A stretch of 64,000 bases of DNA from Spirochaetales bacterium. Lineage in GTDB: Bacteria > Spirochaetota > Spirochaetia > Sphaerochaetales > Sphaerochaetaceae. The translations under genes were made by a program, and so were the position numbers. Where the stretch lies: assembly GCA_018433865.1 (NCBI GenBank), contig JAHDQJ010000002.1, positions 383,592-447,591 on the forward strand, written 5' to 3'. The notes under the pieces are model-generated. The model saw only the letters and a list, made by a program, of their open reading frames with translations, was not told where the DNA came from and did no database searches. Below are positions 45,700 to 56,220 of this stretch, piece by piece; position 1 is the first letter of the stretch, and each line of letters begins with the position of its first letter.

Positions 45700-46652
45700 G
45701 CTCCCTTGAAGTCGATCAGTTCCACGTCGAACACCAGGTAGGAATTCGGAGGAATCACTCCGGGATACCCTTGCTTTCCGTATCCGAGCTCGGGAGGAAT
45801 GATGAGGGTCCGTTTCTCACCTTTCGTCATGGTCACGAGGGCTTCGTTCCATCCCTCGATCACTTGACCGATCGCGAACTGGGCAGGTTCTCCACGACGC
45901 ACCGAGCTGTCGAACATCTTTCCATCGAGCAGTGTCCCCGTGTAATGTACGGTCACGGTAGTCCCCACTCGAGGTGATTTTGTTCCTTTTCCTTCCTTGG
46001 TAACGACATAACGCAATCCGGATTCGGTCTTCACCGCATTCGGCCAGCGATTCGCCAATTCCTGGTCCAACGCCTTCTGCAGTTTCTCCAGCTTGGCATT
46101 CTCCTTGTCCTGCGCAATCACCACTTCATTCGCAAAGCTCTCCTTGGTTACGATGAATTGCTCAGCTTCCTCTCCTACGCGAAGGATCTTCACACTGTCG
46201 ATCACGTCCCCCTGCTCGATGGAATCGACGATCTGTTGACCGTTGACGACCTTGCCGAAGACACTGTGCTTGCCATCAAGCCACGGAGTCGCCACATGGG
46301 TGATGAAAAATTGGCTCCCGTTCGTTCCCGGGCCTGCGTTGGCCATCGAAAGCACTCCAGGGCCTTCATGACGAAGGTCATCGACGAATTCATCAGGGAA
46401 CGTATACCCTGGTCCGCCGGTACCCGTTCCTTGAGGACAGCCTGTCTGGATCATGAAATCGTTGATGACACGGTGGAACTTCAGCCCATCGTAGTACGGA
46501 GTTCCCGGTTCTTTCAGGTTCAACACCCCTTCCGCGAGACCTACGAAGTTGGAAACCGTCATGGGTGTCTCCCGATATGCAAGTGAGACAAGGATATCGC
46601 CACGATTCGTGGCTATCTGTGCATAGAGACCGTCTTGTAATGTATCTGCCAT
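45696..46652 (-). CDS. Dual-family peptidyl-prolyl isomerase (cyclophilin N-terminal, FKBP C-terminal)
   Basis: [31 protein letters not shown] (cyclophilin) followed by [31 protein letters not shown] (FKBP). Confidence 0.85.
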   Translation of the reverse strand: MADTLQDGLYAQIATNRGDILVSLAYRETPMTVSNFVGLAEGVLNLKEPGTPYYDGLKFHRVINDFMIQTGCPQGTGTGGPGYTFPDEFVDDLRHEGPGVLSMANAGPGTNGSQFFITHVATPWLDGKHSVFGKVVNGQQIVDSIEQGDVIDSVKILRVGEEAEQFIVTKESFANEVVIAQDKENAKLEKLQKALDQELANRWPNAVKTESGLRYVVTKEGKGTKSPRVGTTVTVHYTGTLLDGKMFDSSVRRGEPAQFAIGQVIEGWNEALVTMTKGEKRTLIIPPELGYGKQGYPGVIPPNSYLVFDVELIDFKGA

Positions 46653-46676
46653 TTTATTTCCTTTCAATATATAAAT

Positions 46677-47606
46677 TTATAATTCTATAGATTCTTCTTG
46701 TGCAAGCAATCGGTAGATACGTTCGAGATCCTCCATGGAATGATAGGTGATCTCAAGCTTCCCCTTGTTGAGTGTTCCTTTCAGTTGGACCTTCGTGCCG
46801 CAAGCTTCGAGAAACTTCTGTTCCAGGACCATCAGGTCGATAGGTCGTTCCCGGTATGCGTGCTGTTGCTTTCCGCCGATCGCACGCTTGCCCTTGTTCA
46901 ACTCTCCTGCAAGTTTCTCTGCCTTTCTCACCGACAGCTCTTCATCAAGGATCTTTTGGTAAAGATACTGCTGGTCCGCAGGGTTGACAACCGAAAGGAT
47001 AGCCCGTGCATGCCCCGCAGTGTAATCACCGCGAAGCAACGACTCTTGCATCTCCTTGGGCAGTTGGAGCAACCTGATGCTGTTAGCGATGGTGGAGCGC
47101 TTTTTCCCTACCCTTTCGGCAAGCTCTTCCTGCCGAATCTCGGCTTGCTCGAGGAGAAACAGATACGCTTTGGCTTCCTCGATGGGATTGAGATTCTCTC
47201 GCTGGATATTCTCGATGAGGGAGACCTCGAGCCGCTGCATGTCGGTGAATTTTTTCACGATCACCGGAACTTTTTCAAGTCCGATGGAGAGTGCGGCACG
47301 ATATCTGCGCTCACCGGCGATGATCGCATACTCCTGGTCATTGATTTTTTCCACCAAGAGAGGCTGAAGGATTCCTTGGGTCTTGATCGACTCGGCCAGT
47401 TCATCGAGGGTTTCCTGATCGAATTGCTTACGAGGTTGATGAGGGTTGGGATGGACCCGATTGATATCGAGCAACAACAAGTTCCCGCCTTCGAATGCTC
47501 CGGTTCCATTTCCTTCACTATGCTTGAAAGCAGCTTCGAAGGAATAATCATCCATCAAAGAACTGATCCCTTTCCCCAAACCATGTTTCTTGCTTATGCT
47601 AGACAC
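46677..47606 (-). CDS. parB: Chromosome partitioning protein ParB/Spo0J
   Basis: NPHQPRK, IIAGERRYRAA and an HTH. Start is GTG 47606 or TTG 47612, overlapping the parA end. Confidence 0.88.
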   Translation of the reverse strand: MSSISKKHGLGKGISSLMDDYSFEAAFKHSEGNGTGAFEGGNLLLLDINRVHPNPHQPRKQFDQETLDELAESIKTQGILQPLLVEKINDQEYAIIAGERRYRAALSIGLEKVPVIVKKFTDMQRLEVSLIENIQRENLNPIEEAKAYLFLLEQAEIRQEELAERVGKKRSTIANSIRLLQLPKEMQESLLRGDYTAGHARAILSVVNPADQQYLYQKILDEELSVRKAEKLAGELNKGKRAIGGKQQHAYRERPIDLMVLEQKFLEACGTKVQLKGTLNKGKLEITYHSMEDLERIYRLLAQEESIEL

Positions 47607-48357
47607 GGGCAATCACCTCCTCTGCAAGGCTTTCATACCCCAGGGCTCCGCTGCTGGAAGCATCATACAGGTTGATGGGCAATCCGTGAGACGGTGCTTC
47701 AGAGAGCCTGACGTTACGCGGGATCTTTGTCTCAAAGACCTTGTCCGCGAAATATGAAGTCACATCATCCACCACATCGTTGGCCAGACGGGTCCTCGTC
47801 GTATACATCGTGAAGAGGATTCCGAGAATCTCCAGCCTAGGATTAAGCTGCTTCTTCACATTGCCGATGGTCCTCATCAAAAGATTCAATCCCTCCATGG
47901 CAAAATATTCACACTGCATGGGAATGATCACATACTTTGCCCAACACATCGCATTGATGGTCACCAGTCCGAGGGAAGGGGGACAATCGATCAGGATGAA
48001 ATCCCATTCTTTCTCTATGGGAGCCAAGGCATTCTTCAGGAAAAATTCGCGGGCAAGCTCATTCACCAACTCGACACTGAGGCCTGCGAGATCTATGCCA
48101 CCTGCAATCGCAAAGAGGTTTTTCACCGGTGTTTCCTGATACGCATCCTGTGGAGTACATTTGCCGACGATGACATCGTAACTTCCGGGCTTTCTTTGAT
48201 CCGCGGAAACGGCACTGGACATATTGCCTTGTGAGTCTAGATCCACGAGAAGTACCTGATGGCCTTTCTGTGCCAGGTATGCACCAAGATTAACAGCGGT
48301 AGTTGTCTTGCCTACGCCACCCTTCTGGTTTGAAAAGATTATTTTTTTTGCTGCCAT
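47599..48357 (-). CDS. parA: Chromosome partitioning ATPase ParA/Soj
   Basis: Start MAAKKI. Deviant Walker A NQKGGVGKTTT. LVDLDSQGN. Confidence 0.9.
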   Translation of the reverse strand: MAAKKIIFSNQKGGVGKTTTAVNLGAYLAQKGHQVLLVDLDSQGNMSSAVSADQRKPGSYDVIVGKCTPQDAYQETPVKNLFAIAGGIDLAGLSVELVNELAREFFLKNALAPIEKEWDFILIDCPPSLGLVTINAMCWAKYVIIPMQCEYFAMEGLNLLMRTIGNVKKQLNPRLEILGILFTMYTTRTRLANDVVDDVTSYFADKVFETKIPRNVRLSEAPSHGLPINLYDASSSGALGYESLAEEVIARV

Positions 48358-48466
48358 GGATACACTATACATAAACACGTCCGATATGTCACCCGATACT
48401 TCGGGTATTGACCATCAATTCCCTCTAGGGTATCTTGGTCAAAGCTAGTGTGAGGAGGCCAATCAA

Positions 48467-48688
48467 ATGATTGATAAAGTTAAAGCTGCGATCGAGAATA
48501 TTCGTCCCGATCTGCAGAATGACGGTGGAGACATCGAATTCGTGAGCATGAATGGAAATGATGTGATCGTTCGTCTTGTCGGTTCTTGTGCCGGATGTCC
48601 CATGTCCCAGATGACATTGAAGAATGGTGTCGAACGGTATATCAGAAGCGTCGTAGACCCCAACATCAATATTATCTCTGAAAATTGA
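48467..48688 (+). CDS. NifU C-terminal-domain-like Fe-S cluster protein
   Basis: IRPDLQNDGGDIEFV...GSCAGCPMSQMTLK. Confidence 0.8.
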   Translation: MIDKVKAAIENIRPDLQNDGGDIEFVSMNGNDVIVRLVGSCAGCPMSQMTLKNGVERYIRSVVDPNINIISEN

Positions 48689-48694
48689 TCGCGA

Positions 48695-48710
48695 TGTTTC
48701 ACGTGAAACA
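48695..48710. promoter_or_regulatory. parS site 1 (perfect consensus palindrome)
   Basis: TGTTTCACGTGAAACA read directly from the sequence. Confidence 0.85.
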
Positions 48711-48749
48711 TCGGCACTGTCCGGTGGTAAGCGTGAGGCAGAAGATCAT

Positions 48750-48765
48750 TGTTTCACGTGAAACA
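48750..48765. promoter_or_regulatory. parS site 2 (perfect consensus palindrome)
   Basis: TGTTTCACGTGAAACA, 39 nt after site 1. Confidence 0.85.
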
Positions 48766-48768
48766 AAT

Positions 48769-48791
48769 AGCCACCCCGATCTGGGGTGGCT
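48769..48791. terminator. Bidirectional terminator between the NifU-like gene and gyrA
   Basis: 9-bp stem agccacccc/ggggtggct. TCTCTTTTCT follows on the plus strand. Confidence 0.6.
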
Positions 48792-48812
48792 TCTCTTTTC
48801 TGCCGGGGATTC

Positions 48813-51293
48813 TTATTCTTCGGTCTCTTGTTCACCCTCAGAATTCTCATCCTCTCCGTTCCTGTCGGCCTCTGTCTTAGCAATGGCCACGATGGTATCT
48901 CCTTCCTTGAGCTTGGTGATGCAGACACCGGAGGCGTAGGCCTTCTGGATCGAGATGTCCCTGACGGGAATCCTGATCGACTGTCCCAAGCTGGTGATGC
49001 AAACCACATCATCGTCATCGTCAACAGCCAACGTACTGACTATGTAGCCGGTCTTGTCTCGGAACGTGTAGATTTTCTGACCCATCGTACCACGACCATG
49101 GGGTCTGAACTCATCGAAATGGATTTGCTTGCCTTGTCCGTTCTCCGTGATGATGAGGATTCTCTTGTCGTCATCGACCTTCAGCAGCCCAGCCACTTCA
49201 TCATCATCGATCAACCTGATACCACGGACACCGCGGGAAGCTCTTCCCATGGATCGGACATCCGATCCGATGAACCGCAAAGCTTTTCCCTTTCTGGTGA
49301 TGATCATGCAATCATCATCTTCGTTGACCAGCTCGCAGTTCACCAAGACATCTTCCTCATCAAGGAATATTGCGGTGATGCCTCGTGTCTTGGCATTCCT
49401 GAAGAGCGAGAGATTTACCTGTTTTGCTACGCCAAACTTTGTTACCATAAAGAGATACAGGTTCTCATCAAACTCCTTGAAGTTGATGATCGAGGTGATT
49501 TCCTCACCATCTTGCAACGGAAGCAGCTTCTTGATGCTCTCACCTTTGCTGGTTTTCGAACCGACAGGCAATTCATGCACCTTGAGCCAGTAGGCCTTTC
49601 CTGCGTTCGTCACCACCATCACATAATCGTGTGTGGAAGCGACGAAGAGGTGTTCAATGAAATCTTCCTCACGGAGTGTCGCACCCCGCACCCCTCGTCC
49701 GCCACGGCCCTGGCTCCGATACTCTTCGGTCGGGACCCGCTTGACGAACCCCTTGTTGGAGATCACGACGACTACATCCTCTTCCTTGATGAAGTCCTCG
49801 ATATTCATGCCTCCAAGTTCCTCGTTGGTGATCTCGGTCCGTCTTCTGTCTCCATACTTGGTTGCCACTTCGAGCAACTCCGTCTTGACGACCTGTAAGA
49901 TTTTCACCGGATCTGATAATAAATCTTTATAGTAAATAATTTTAGCATTAAGTTCTGCCAATTCTCCAAGGATTTTTTCCGTCTCAAGGTGACTCAAGCG
50001 GCCCAATTTCATATCTATGATAGCTTGAGCCTGGATGTCGGAGAGCCCGAAACGGGATTTCAGCCGGTCCTGCGCCTCAGTGTTGTCCTGCGCTTCCTTG
50101 ATGATCTTGATGACTTCATCGATGTTCTCAAGACCGATCTTCAGCCCGAGCAGGACATGCGCCCGTTCCTCAGCCTTGCGCAGGTCGAAGCGCGTCCTGC
50201 GCTCGACGACGACTTGGCGGTGATCCACATAATGCTTGATCATGTCGATCAAGCCCAACTGCTGTGGCCGTCCGTTGACCAGAGCCAGATTGTTGATATT
50301 GAAATTGGTCTGCAGGGGGGTGTGGAGGAACAGGAGGTTCACCACCACCCGTGCCACTGCTCCCTTCTTCAGCTCGACCACCAATCGGATTCCGTCGCGG
50401 TCCGACTCATCCCTGACCTCGCTGATTCCCGTGATCACGGTCTTCTTCAGTTCGGCGATACGTTTCACCAGCTCGGCTTTGTTCACCTGGTAGGGCAACT
50501 CGGTGAAGATGATCTGGTCTTTTCCTCCATCGCCCTCCTCGATCTCATAGCGCCCCCGTACGACAACCTTGCCCTTTCCCGTCTCGAATGCCTGGAGGAC
50601 GCCGCTTCTGCCGCAGATGATGCCTGAGGTTGGGAAATCGGGCCCCTTGATATACTCCATGAGCTGCAGCAACGAGATTTCCGGGTCATCGATATAGGCG
50701 GCAATTCCGTTGCAGACTTCCGTGAGGTTGTGGGGTGCCATATTGGTTGCCATGCCGACGGCAATACCGCTGCTCCCGTTGACCAAAAGGAACGGGAAAG
50801 CCGCGGGAAGCACCTGAGGTTCCTGAAGCGAGTCGTCGTAGTTCGGACCGAAATCGACTGTCTCCTTCTGGATGTCGTTCAGCATCTCCTCGCCGAGACG
50901 ACTCATCTTCGCCTCGGTATACCGCATGGCGGCTGCCGGATCACCGTCGATCGATCCGAAGTTTCCCTGCGGGTGCACTACCGGATACCGGAGGGAGAAG
51001 TCCTGTGCCAAGCGGACCAGGGCATCGTAGACGGAGCCGTCTCCATGCGGGTGGTACTTGCCGAGGACGTCTCCGACGATCCTTGCAGCCTTCTTGAACG
51101 AGGTGTTGTACTTCAGTCCCATCTCGAACATGCCGTAGAGGATTCTCCGGTGGACCGGCTTCAATCCGTCCCTGACATCAGGCAGGGCCCTGCTCACTAT
51201 GACCGACATGGCATAATTGAGGTATGAGGTCTTCATCTCATCCCCGATGTTTGCCCGAAATATCTTTCCTGTTTGTTCTTCCATCATACTCAT
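48813..51293 (-). CDS. gyrA: DNA gyrase subunit A
   Basis: [24 protein letters not shown]. Beta-pinwheel C-terminal domain with an acidic tail. Confidence 0.95.
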   Translation of the reverse strand: MSMMEEQTGKIFRANIGDEMKTSYLNYAMSVIVSRALPDVRDGLKPVHRRILYGMFEMGLKYNTSFKKAARIVGDVLGKYHPHGDGSVYDALVRLAQDFSLRYPVVHPQGNFGSIDGDPAAAMRYTEAKMSRLGEEMLNDIQKETVDFGPNYDDSLQEPQVLPAAFPFLLVNGSSGIAVGMATNMAPHNLTEVCNGIAAYIDDPEISLLQLMEYIKGPDFPTSGIICGRSGVLQAFETGKGKVVVRGRYEIEEGDGGKDQIIFTELPYQVNKAELVKRIAELKKTVITGISEVRDESDRDGIRLVVELKKGAVARVVVNLLFLHTPLQTNFNINNLALVNGRPQQLGLIDMIKHYVDHRQVVVERRTRFDLRKAEERAHVLLGLKIGLENIDEVIKIIKEAQDNTEAQDRLKSRFGLSDIQAQAIIDMKLGRLSHLETEKILGELAELNAKIIYYKDLLSDPVKILQVVKTELLEVATKYGDRRRTEITNEELGGMNIEDFIKEEDVVVVISNKGFVKRVPTEEYRSQGRGGRGVRGATLREEDFIEHLFVASTHDYVMVVTNAGKAYWLKVHELPVGSKTSKGESIKKLLPLQDGEEITSIINFKEFDENLYLFMVTKFGVAKQVNLSLFRNAKTRGITAIFLDEEDVLVNCELVNEDDDCMIITRKGKALRFIGSDVRSMGRASRGVRGIRLIDDDEVAGLLKVDDDKRILIITENGQGKQIHFDEFRPHGRGTMGQKIYTFRDKTGYIVSTLAVDDDDDVVCITSLGQSIRIPVRDISIQKAYASGVCITKLKEGDTIVAIAKTEADRNGEDENSEGEQETEE

Positions 51294-51302
51294 CAACCGA
51301 CC

Positions 51303-53282
51303 TTATACATCCAGGTTCGAAACGTACATTGCGTTCTCTTCGATGAAGTTCTTCCTGGGTTCGACTTCCTCACCCATCAACATGGTGAAAATCTCGTCAG
51401 CCTCGACTGCATCCTCCAGCGTCACCTGTGTCAGGCTCCGCGTATCGGGATTCATCGTGGTTTCCCACAGCTGATCGGGATTCATCTCTCCGAGACCCTT
51501 GTACCGCTGGATGGGAATCTTGCTGACATCACCTTCCTTCGCGTTCTCCTCGAGGATCCGCTTCCGTGCATCCTCGTCGTACGCATAGTAGGTCTTCTTG
51601 CCGATGGTGATCTTGTACAGGGGCGGCATGGCGAAGTACACGTATCCCGCTTCGATCAGCGGTCGCATGTATCGGAAGAAGAAGGTGAGGAGCAAGGTCC
51701 TGATATGTGATCCGTCGACATCGGCATCAGCCATGATGATCACCTTGTGGTATCTGACCTTGTCGGTTTCGAAGTGTGCTCCCAGTCCTGCACCGAGAGA
51801 GGCGATGACGGGCTGGAGCTTGTCGTTCCCGAGCACCTTCTCTTCCCGCGCTTTCTCCACATTGAGCATCTTTCCCCAAAGCGGGAGGATGGCCTGCGTG
51901 GAACGATCGCGTCCCTGCTTGGCACTTCCTCCTGCCGAGTCGCCCTCGACGATGAAGATCTCGCACTTCGCGGGATCCTTTTCGGAACAGTCCGCAAGCT
52001 TTCCGGGAAGCCCGGCACCCTCGCTGCTCTTGCGGATGCGCATGCGTGCATCCCGAGCGGCAAAACGGGCCTTCGCGGCGAGAATCGCTTTGTCGAGGAT
52101 CGCCTCGATGACCGCAGGATACTCGTCGAAGAAGTCGTTGAACTTCTCATAGACCATGGAGGCGACGATGCCTTGTACCCGGGGATTGCCAAGCTTCATC
52201 TTCGTCTGGCCTTCGAACTGGGGGTCGGGAATCTTGACGGAAACCACCGCGGTCATGCCCTCCTTCAGGTCGTCGCCGGTCAACGAGTCGTCGAACTTCT
52301 TGGCAAGCTTCGATTTCTTCAGCTGTTCGTTCATGACACGCGTCAGACCGCTCCTGAAACCGGCGAGGTGCGTGCCTCCCTCGCGGGTGTTGATGTTGTT
52401 CACGAATGTGAAGAGCACCTCGTCGTAACGGTCGTTGTACTGCAGGGCAATCTCCACCTTCACATCATCCTTCTGGCCGTCGAAGTAGATGGGCTCCTCG
52501 TGGACAGCCCGCTTCGAACTGTTCAGGTGCTGGATGAAGGACTTGATCCCCCCTTCGAAGTGGAATGTCTGCTGACGGAGGGTCTCCCCACGCTCATCGG
52601 CGATCGAGATCACGATCCCCTTGTTCAGGAATGCCAGCTCCCTGAACCGTTCCGTCAGGACGCCATAGCTGTACTGATCGGTCTCCAGGATCGTGGTGTC
52701 GGCCTTGAACCGGACTACCGTACCGGTCTTGTCGGTCTCTCCGATGATTTCGACCGGTTTGTCCGGGATGCCCCTTCTGTAACGTTGATAGTGGATTGAA
52801 GGATCGCGATGCACGGTCACTTCAAGCCACTCGGAAAGAGCGTTGACGACCGAGACGCCGACTCCGTGCAATCCTCCCGAGACCTTGTAAGTGTCGTTGT
52901 CGAACTTTCCGCCGGCATGAAGCTGCGTGAGGACGACCTCGAGAGAGCTGATCTTCTCCACCGGGTGGAGCTCGACGGGGATTCCACGCCCGTTGTCTTC
53001 CACGCGGATGATATTATCCTTCTCGATCGTGACCGAGATGATGTCGCAGTACCCTGCCATGGCCTCATCGATGCTGTTGTCAACCACCTCATAGACCAGG
53101 TGGTGAAGGCCGTCGGGACCAGTGGATCCTATGTACATTCCCGGCCGCTTCCTGACTGCCTCGAGCCCCTTGAGCACTTGTATGTTGTTTGCAGTGTATG
53201 ACCGTGCCCCGGCTCTTCCATGCGCAGTGTCATGATGAACCGCAGTGTCTGCAGGCACTCCCTCGAAAACGCTTTCAACCAT
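51303..53282 (-). CDS. gyrB: DNA gyrase subunit B
   Basis: [14 protein letters not shown], Toprim [18 protein letters not shown]. Confidence 0.95.
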   Translation of the reverse strand: MVESVFEGVPADTAVHHDTAHGRAGARSYTANNIQVLKGLEAVRKRPGMYIGSTGPDGLHHLVYEVVDNSIDEAMAGYCDIISVTIEKDNIIRVEDNGRGIPVELHPVEKISSLEVVLTQLHAGGKFDNDTYKVSGGLHGVGVSVVNALSEWLEVTVHRDPSIHYQRYRRGIPDKPVEIIGETDKTGTVVRFKADTTILETDQYSYGVLTERFRELAFLNKGIVISIADERGETLRQQTFHFEGGIKSFIQHLNSSKRAVHEEPIYFDGQKDDVKVEIALQYNDRYDEVLFTFVNNINTREGGTHLAGFRSGLTRVMNEQLKKSKLAKKFDDSLTGDDLKEGMTAVVSVKIPDPQFEGQTKMKLGNPRVQGIVASMVYEKFNDFFDEYPAVIEAILDKAILAAKARFAARDARMRIRKSSEGAGLPGKLADCSEKDPAKCEIFIVEGDSAGGSAKQGRDRSTQAILPLWGKMLNVEKAREEKVLGNDKLQPVIASLGAGLGAHFETDKVRYHKVIIMADADVDGSHIRTLLLTFFFRYMRPLIEAGYVYFAMPPLYKITIGKKTYYAYDEDARKRILEENAKEGDVSKIPIQRYKGLGEMNPDQLWETTMNPDTRSLTQVTLEDAVEADEIFTMLMGEEVEPRKNFIEENAMYVSNLDV

Positions 53283-53483
53283 ATTACTATGTCCTTATAA
53301 GATATAAAAATGAAATCACCTGATATAGTACCATTTTTCATCGTTTATGTAAAGGGTTCACACCGAATTTGATTGAATATCATCTCTTTTCAATATAATG
53401 GTTTATCAATTATTTCCCGAGATCCCCGTTCCCTTTTTCACGGACACTTGCCAATCACCCTTGGCTGAGATAAGATAGCATGT

Positions 53484-54893
53484 ATGCCGCAAGAAAAGTG
53501 GAACTACAATCCCTTCTGGGACGAGGTCGTCTCACGCATGCAATCCTCGATTTCGGAACAGGAGTTCATCACCTGGTTGAACCGGATTTCCTATGCCGGA
53601 TCGGAGGATCACAAGCTGGTCCTGGCCGTTCCGTCCCTCTTCATCCGGGACTATGTGATGACCCAATACAAGCCGACGATCCAGACGATGCTCAACGAGT
53701 TGACCGGTGAGCCGGTCGTCGTCGATATCGTCGTGAAGAAGGTTGCCCAGGCGTCTGCACACCCTACGGAAGGCACGAAGGACCACACACTGGATAAACC
53801 GGCAAGAGCACATCACAGTGCTGCCCAGATGCCGAAACCCCAAGAGAAACCGAAGGATCCGAACATCAACTCCGGCTACCAGTTCGACTCCTTCGTCGTT
53901 GGCGACAACAGTGCGTTCGCCTACAACGTAAGCATGGCGATTGCAAAGAATCCCGGGGTCAGCTATAACCCGTGCCTCATCTACGGAGGTGTAGGATTGG
54001 GCAAGACCCACCTGATACAATCGATCGGAAACTATATCCAGGAGAACACTCCGGAGCTCCAGGTCGTCTACGTGACCGCTGAAATGTTCACCAATGAGTT
54101 CATCCAGGCCATCGGAGAGGAAAAGACCCCTCAATTCAGGAACAAGTATCGCAAGGCCGATGTCTTGCTCATAGACGACATCCACTTTCTCCAGAAAAAG
54201 GCCTCGACCCAGGAAGAGATGTTCCATGTATTCAACAACCTGTTCGAGGCAAGCAAGCAGTTGGTCTTCACGTGCGACCGCCCGATCAATGAGTTGCAGG
54301 ATATTGCCGACAGACTGAAGAATCGCTTTACCAGGGGCATCAATGTCGATCTGCAACCACCCGACTTTGAGACCCGGTTGGCGATCCTCAGGCGAAAATG
54401 TGACGGAAAAGCCTGCCACATCTCCTCAGAGGTGCTCGAGTATATCGGCAGGAGCGTGAATACCAATGTCAGGGACCTCGAGGCAAGCCTCACGAAGCTG
54501 ATTGCCTACAGCAATCTTCTCAACAAGGAAATCACCCTCGACATCGCCCGTGAGCAGTTGAAAAGCACCTACTCGATGTCCAAGGACCAATCCATGTCGA
54601 TCGATTCCATCATCAGGGTGGTCGCCGACTACTTCAACATATCGCCGTACGAGATCAAGGGAAAGAAGAGGACCAAATCGGTCGTTCTTCCCCGGCAGAT
54701 CGCCATGTATATCGCAAGGACCATCACCGATTATTCCACCACCGAGATCGGCTACGAATTCGGCGGGAGAGATCACACCACGGTGATGCACTCGGTACAG
54801 AGGGTAGAGGGGATGATCCAGAGCGATATCGCGGTGAGCAATTCGATCCAGAATCTTATCCGCCAGGCACAGAATTTCAAGCGCGAAAAGTGA
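53484..54893 (+). CDS. dnaA: Chromosomal replication initiator DnaA
   Basis: GGVGLGKTHL, IDDIHFL, and C-terminal GGRDHTTVMHS. Confidence 0.95.
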   Translation: MPQEKWNYNPFWDEVVSRMQSSISEQEFITWLNRISYAGSEDHKLVLAVPSLFIRDYVMTQYKPTIQTMLNELTGEPVVVDIVVKKVAQASAHPTEGTKDHTLDKPARAHHSAAQMPKPQEKPKDPNINSGYQFDSFVVGDNSAFAYNVSMAIAKNPGVSYNPCLIYGGVGLGKTHLIQSIGNYIQENTPELQVVYVTAEMFTNEFIQAIGEEKTPQFRNKYRKADVLLIDDIHFLQKKASTQEEMFHVFNNLFEASKQLVFTCDRPINELQDIADRLKNRFTRGINVDLQPPDFETRLAILRRKCDGKACHISSEVLEYIGRSVNTNVRDLEASLTKLIAYSNLLNKEITLDIAREQLKSTYSMSKDQSMSIDSIIRVVADYFNISPYEIKGKKRTKSVVLPRQIAMYIARTITDYSTTEIGYEFGGRDHTTVMHSVQRVEGMIQSDIAVSNSIQNLIRQAQNFKREK

Positions 54894-54903
54894 TGAGACA
54901 AGT

Positions 54904-55078
54904 CGGGGATAAGTTCGGGAAAACTTGTTGACGGGTGTGGATAAGTTTTTTTGCCTGTGGATGAGTGTGGAAGGATAGTGGACAAACAGGTTGTTCCATC
55001 CACAGGATCAAGATTTTTATGAAGCGTACTGCAAAAGAATTATTGTCGTTTTCCACAGTATACATGATACTATTACTA
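54904..55078. other. oriC candidate: DnaA-box cluster in the dnaA-dnaN spacer
   Basis: TGTGGATAA 54936-44 (perfect). TGTGGATGA 54956-64 and TTTTCCACA 55049-57 (1 mismatch each). Four further boxes with 2 mismatches (54904, 54966, 54977, 54996). AT-rich tract downstream. Confidence 0.7.
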
Positions 55079-55116
55079 CGACTGCTGAATGTATATGAAC
55101 CAATAGGAGTGATCAG

Positions 55117-56220
55117 ATGAAGTTTGCCTGCCAGAAAAATACATTGCTCAGGGAGATCGTTCTTGCCCTTGATTTCACCAGCCAGAGAAACACCCTTTCC
55201 ATCGTCTCGAACGTCTTGTTGGAAACCTATGGGAACACGTTGGTCATCAAGGCTACCGACCAGAAAGTCGGCTTCAGCTCCACGATTCCCGTAGAGACGA
55301 TCGAAGAGGGTTCCACCACGGTCTTCTGCGACAAATTCCTCGGTATCCTCCGTACGCTTCCCGACGAGAACATCATCTTCGAGGAACTGGGTGACAAGCT
55401 CTTCATCCACCCTGAGAAGAAATCGATCGACTTCGAGTTGCGTACCATCGCCGCTGACAAATATCCTGCACTCGAGGATGCAGCGAAACATGAGTACTTC
55501 GCCCTGTCCCAGAAAGACCTGTTCGACATGATCGATCAGACCATCTTCGCCATCAGTGATGATGAGACCAGATATTTCATGAACGGAGTCTACTTGGAAC
55601 AGGAATCGGATGGATTGGTGATGGTGGCTACCGACGGAAGACGGCTCTCCTACATCAAGCGAAAACTCGACCAAGCGGTTCCTTCGTTCACCCCGGTGAT
55701 CATCCCTGCGAAATTCCTCACGTTGCTGAAGAAGGCGGGTACCGGGGAGGGACAGATATTCCTGTCGGTAAGTGAATCGGTCATCTTTGCGAAGTTTGGC
55801 AGCCAATTCATGTACTCCACCCTTATCAAAGGGCAGTTCCCCAATTACAGGCGAGTCATTCCCGCATCCCAGAGCAATACATGCAAGCTTTCGATAGCGG
55901 AGATGAACGAAGCATTGAAGCGCGTTTCGCTGTTGGTGGAGAACAAGGCAAAGAGGATGTATCTCGATATCGAAGCAGGCGGCATCACGATCAGCTCGGA
56001 GGAGAGCGACTTTGGTCAGGCGAAGGAAATCATCCGGTGCGACTATGCCGGAGATCCGTGCAGGCTTGCGATGAACTATTCCTACCTGGTCAGTCCGCTC
56101 CGTGTGATGGAGGGAGATAGTTGCGCCATCTGTTTCACCGAATCGAACAAGGCGGTGACCGTGAAGCCCGATCCTGAAAAGGATTACTTCCACATCATCA
56201 TGCCCATGCAGATAGACTGA
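55117..56220 (+). CDS. dnaN: DNA polymerase III beta sliding clamp
   Basis: 367 aa in the canonical position after dnaA. Carries the family pattern MVATDGRRLS. Confidence 0.92.
   Translation: MKFACQKNTLLREIVLALDFTSQRNTLSIVSNVLLETYGNTLVIKATDQKVGFSSTIPVETIEEGSTTVFCDKFLGILRTLPDENIIFEELGDKLFIHPEKKSIDFELRTIAADKYPALEDAAKHEYFALSQKDLFDMIDQTIFAISDDETRYFMNGVYLEQESDGLVMVATDGRRLSYIKRKLDQAVPSFTPVIIPAKFLTLLKKAGTGEGQIFLSVSESVIFAKFGSQFMYSTLIKGQFPNYRRVIPASQSNTCKLSIAEMNEALKRVSLLVENKAKRMYLDIEAGGITISSEESDFGQAKEIIRCDYAGDPCRLAMNYSYLVSPLRVMEGDSCAICFTESNKAVTVKPDPEKDYFHIIMPMQID

Noticed and set aside
53283-53483. AT-rich gyrB-dnaA spacer as the main DnaA-box origin
   Set aside because: I could find no 9-mer better than about 6/9 to TTATCCACA. 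The spacer more likely holds the divergent gyrB and dnaA promoters, and at most an auxiliary unwinding region.
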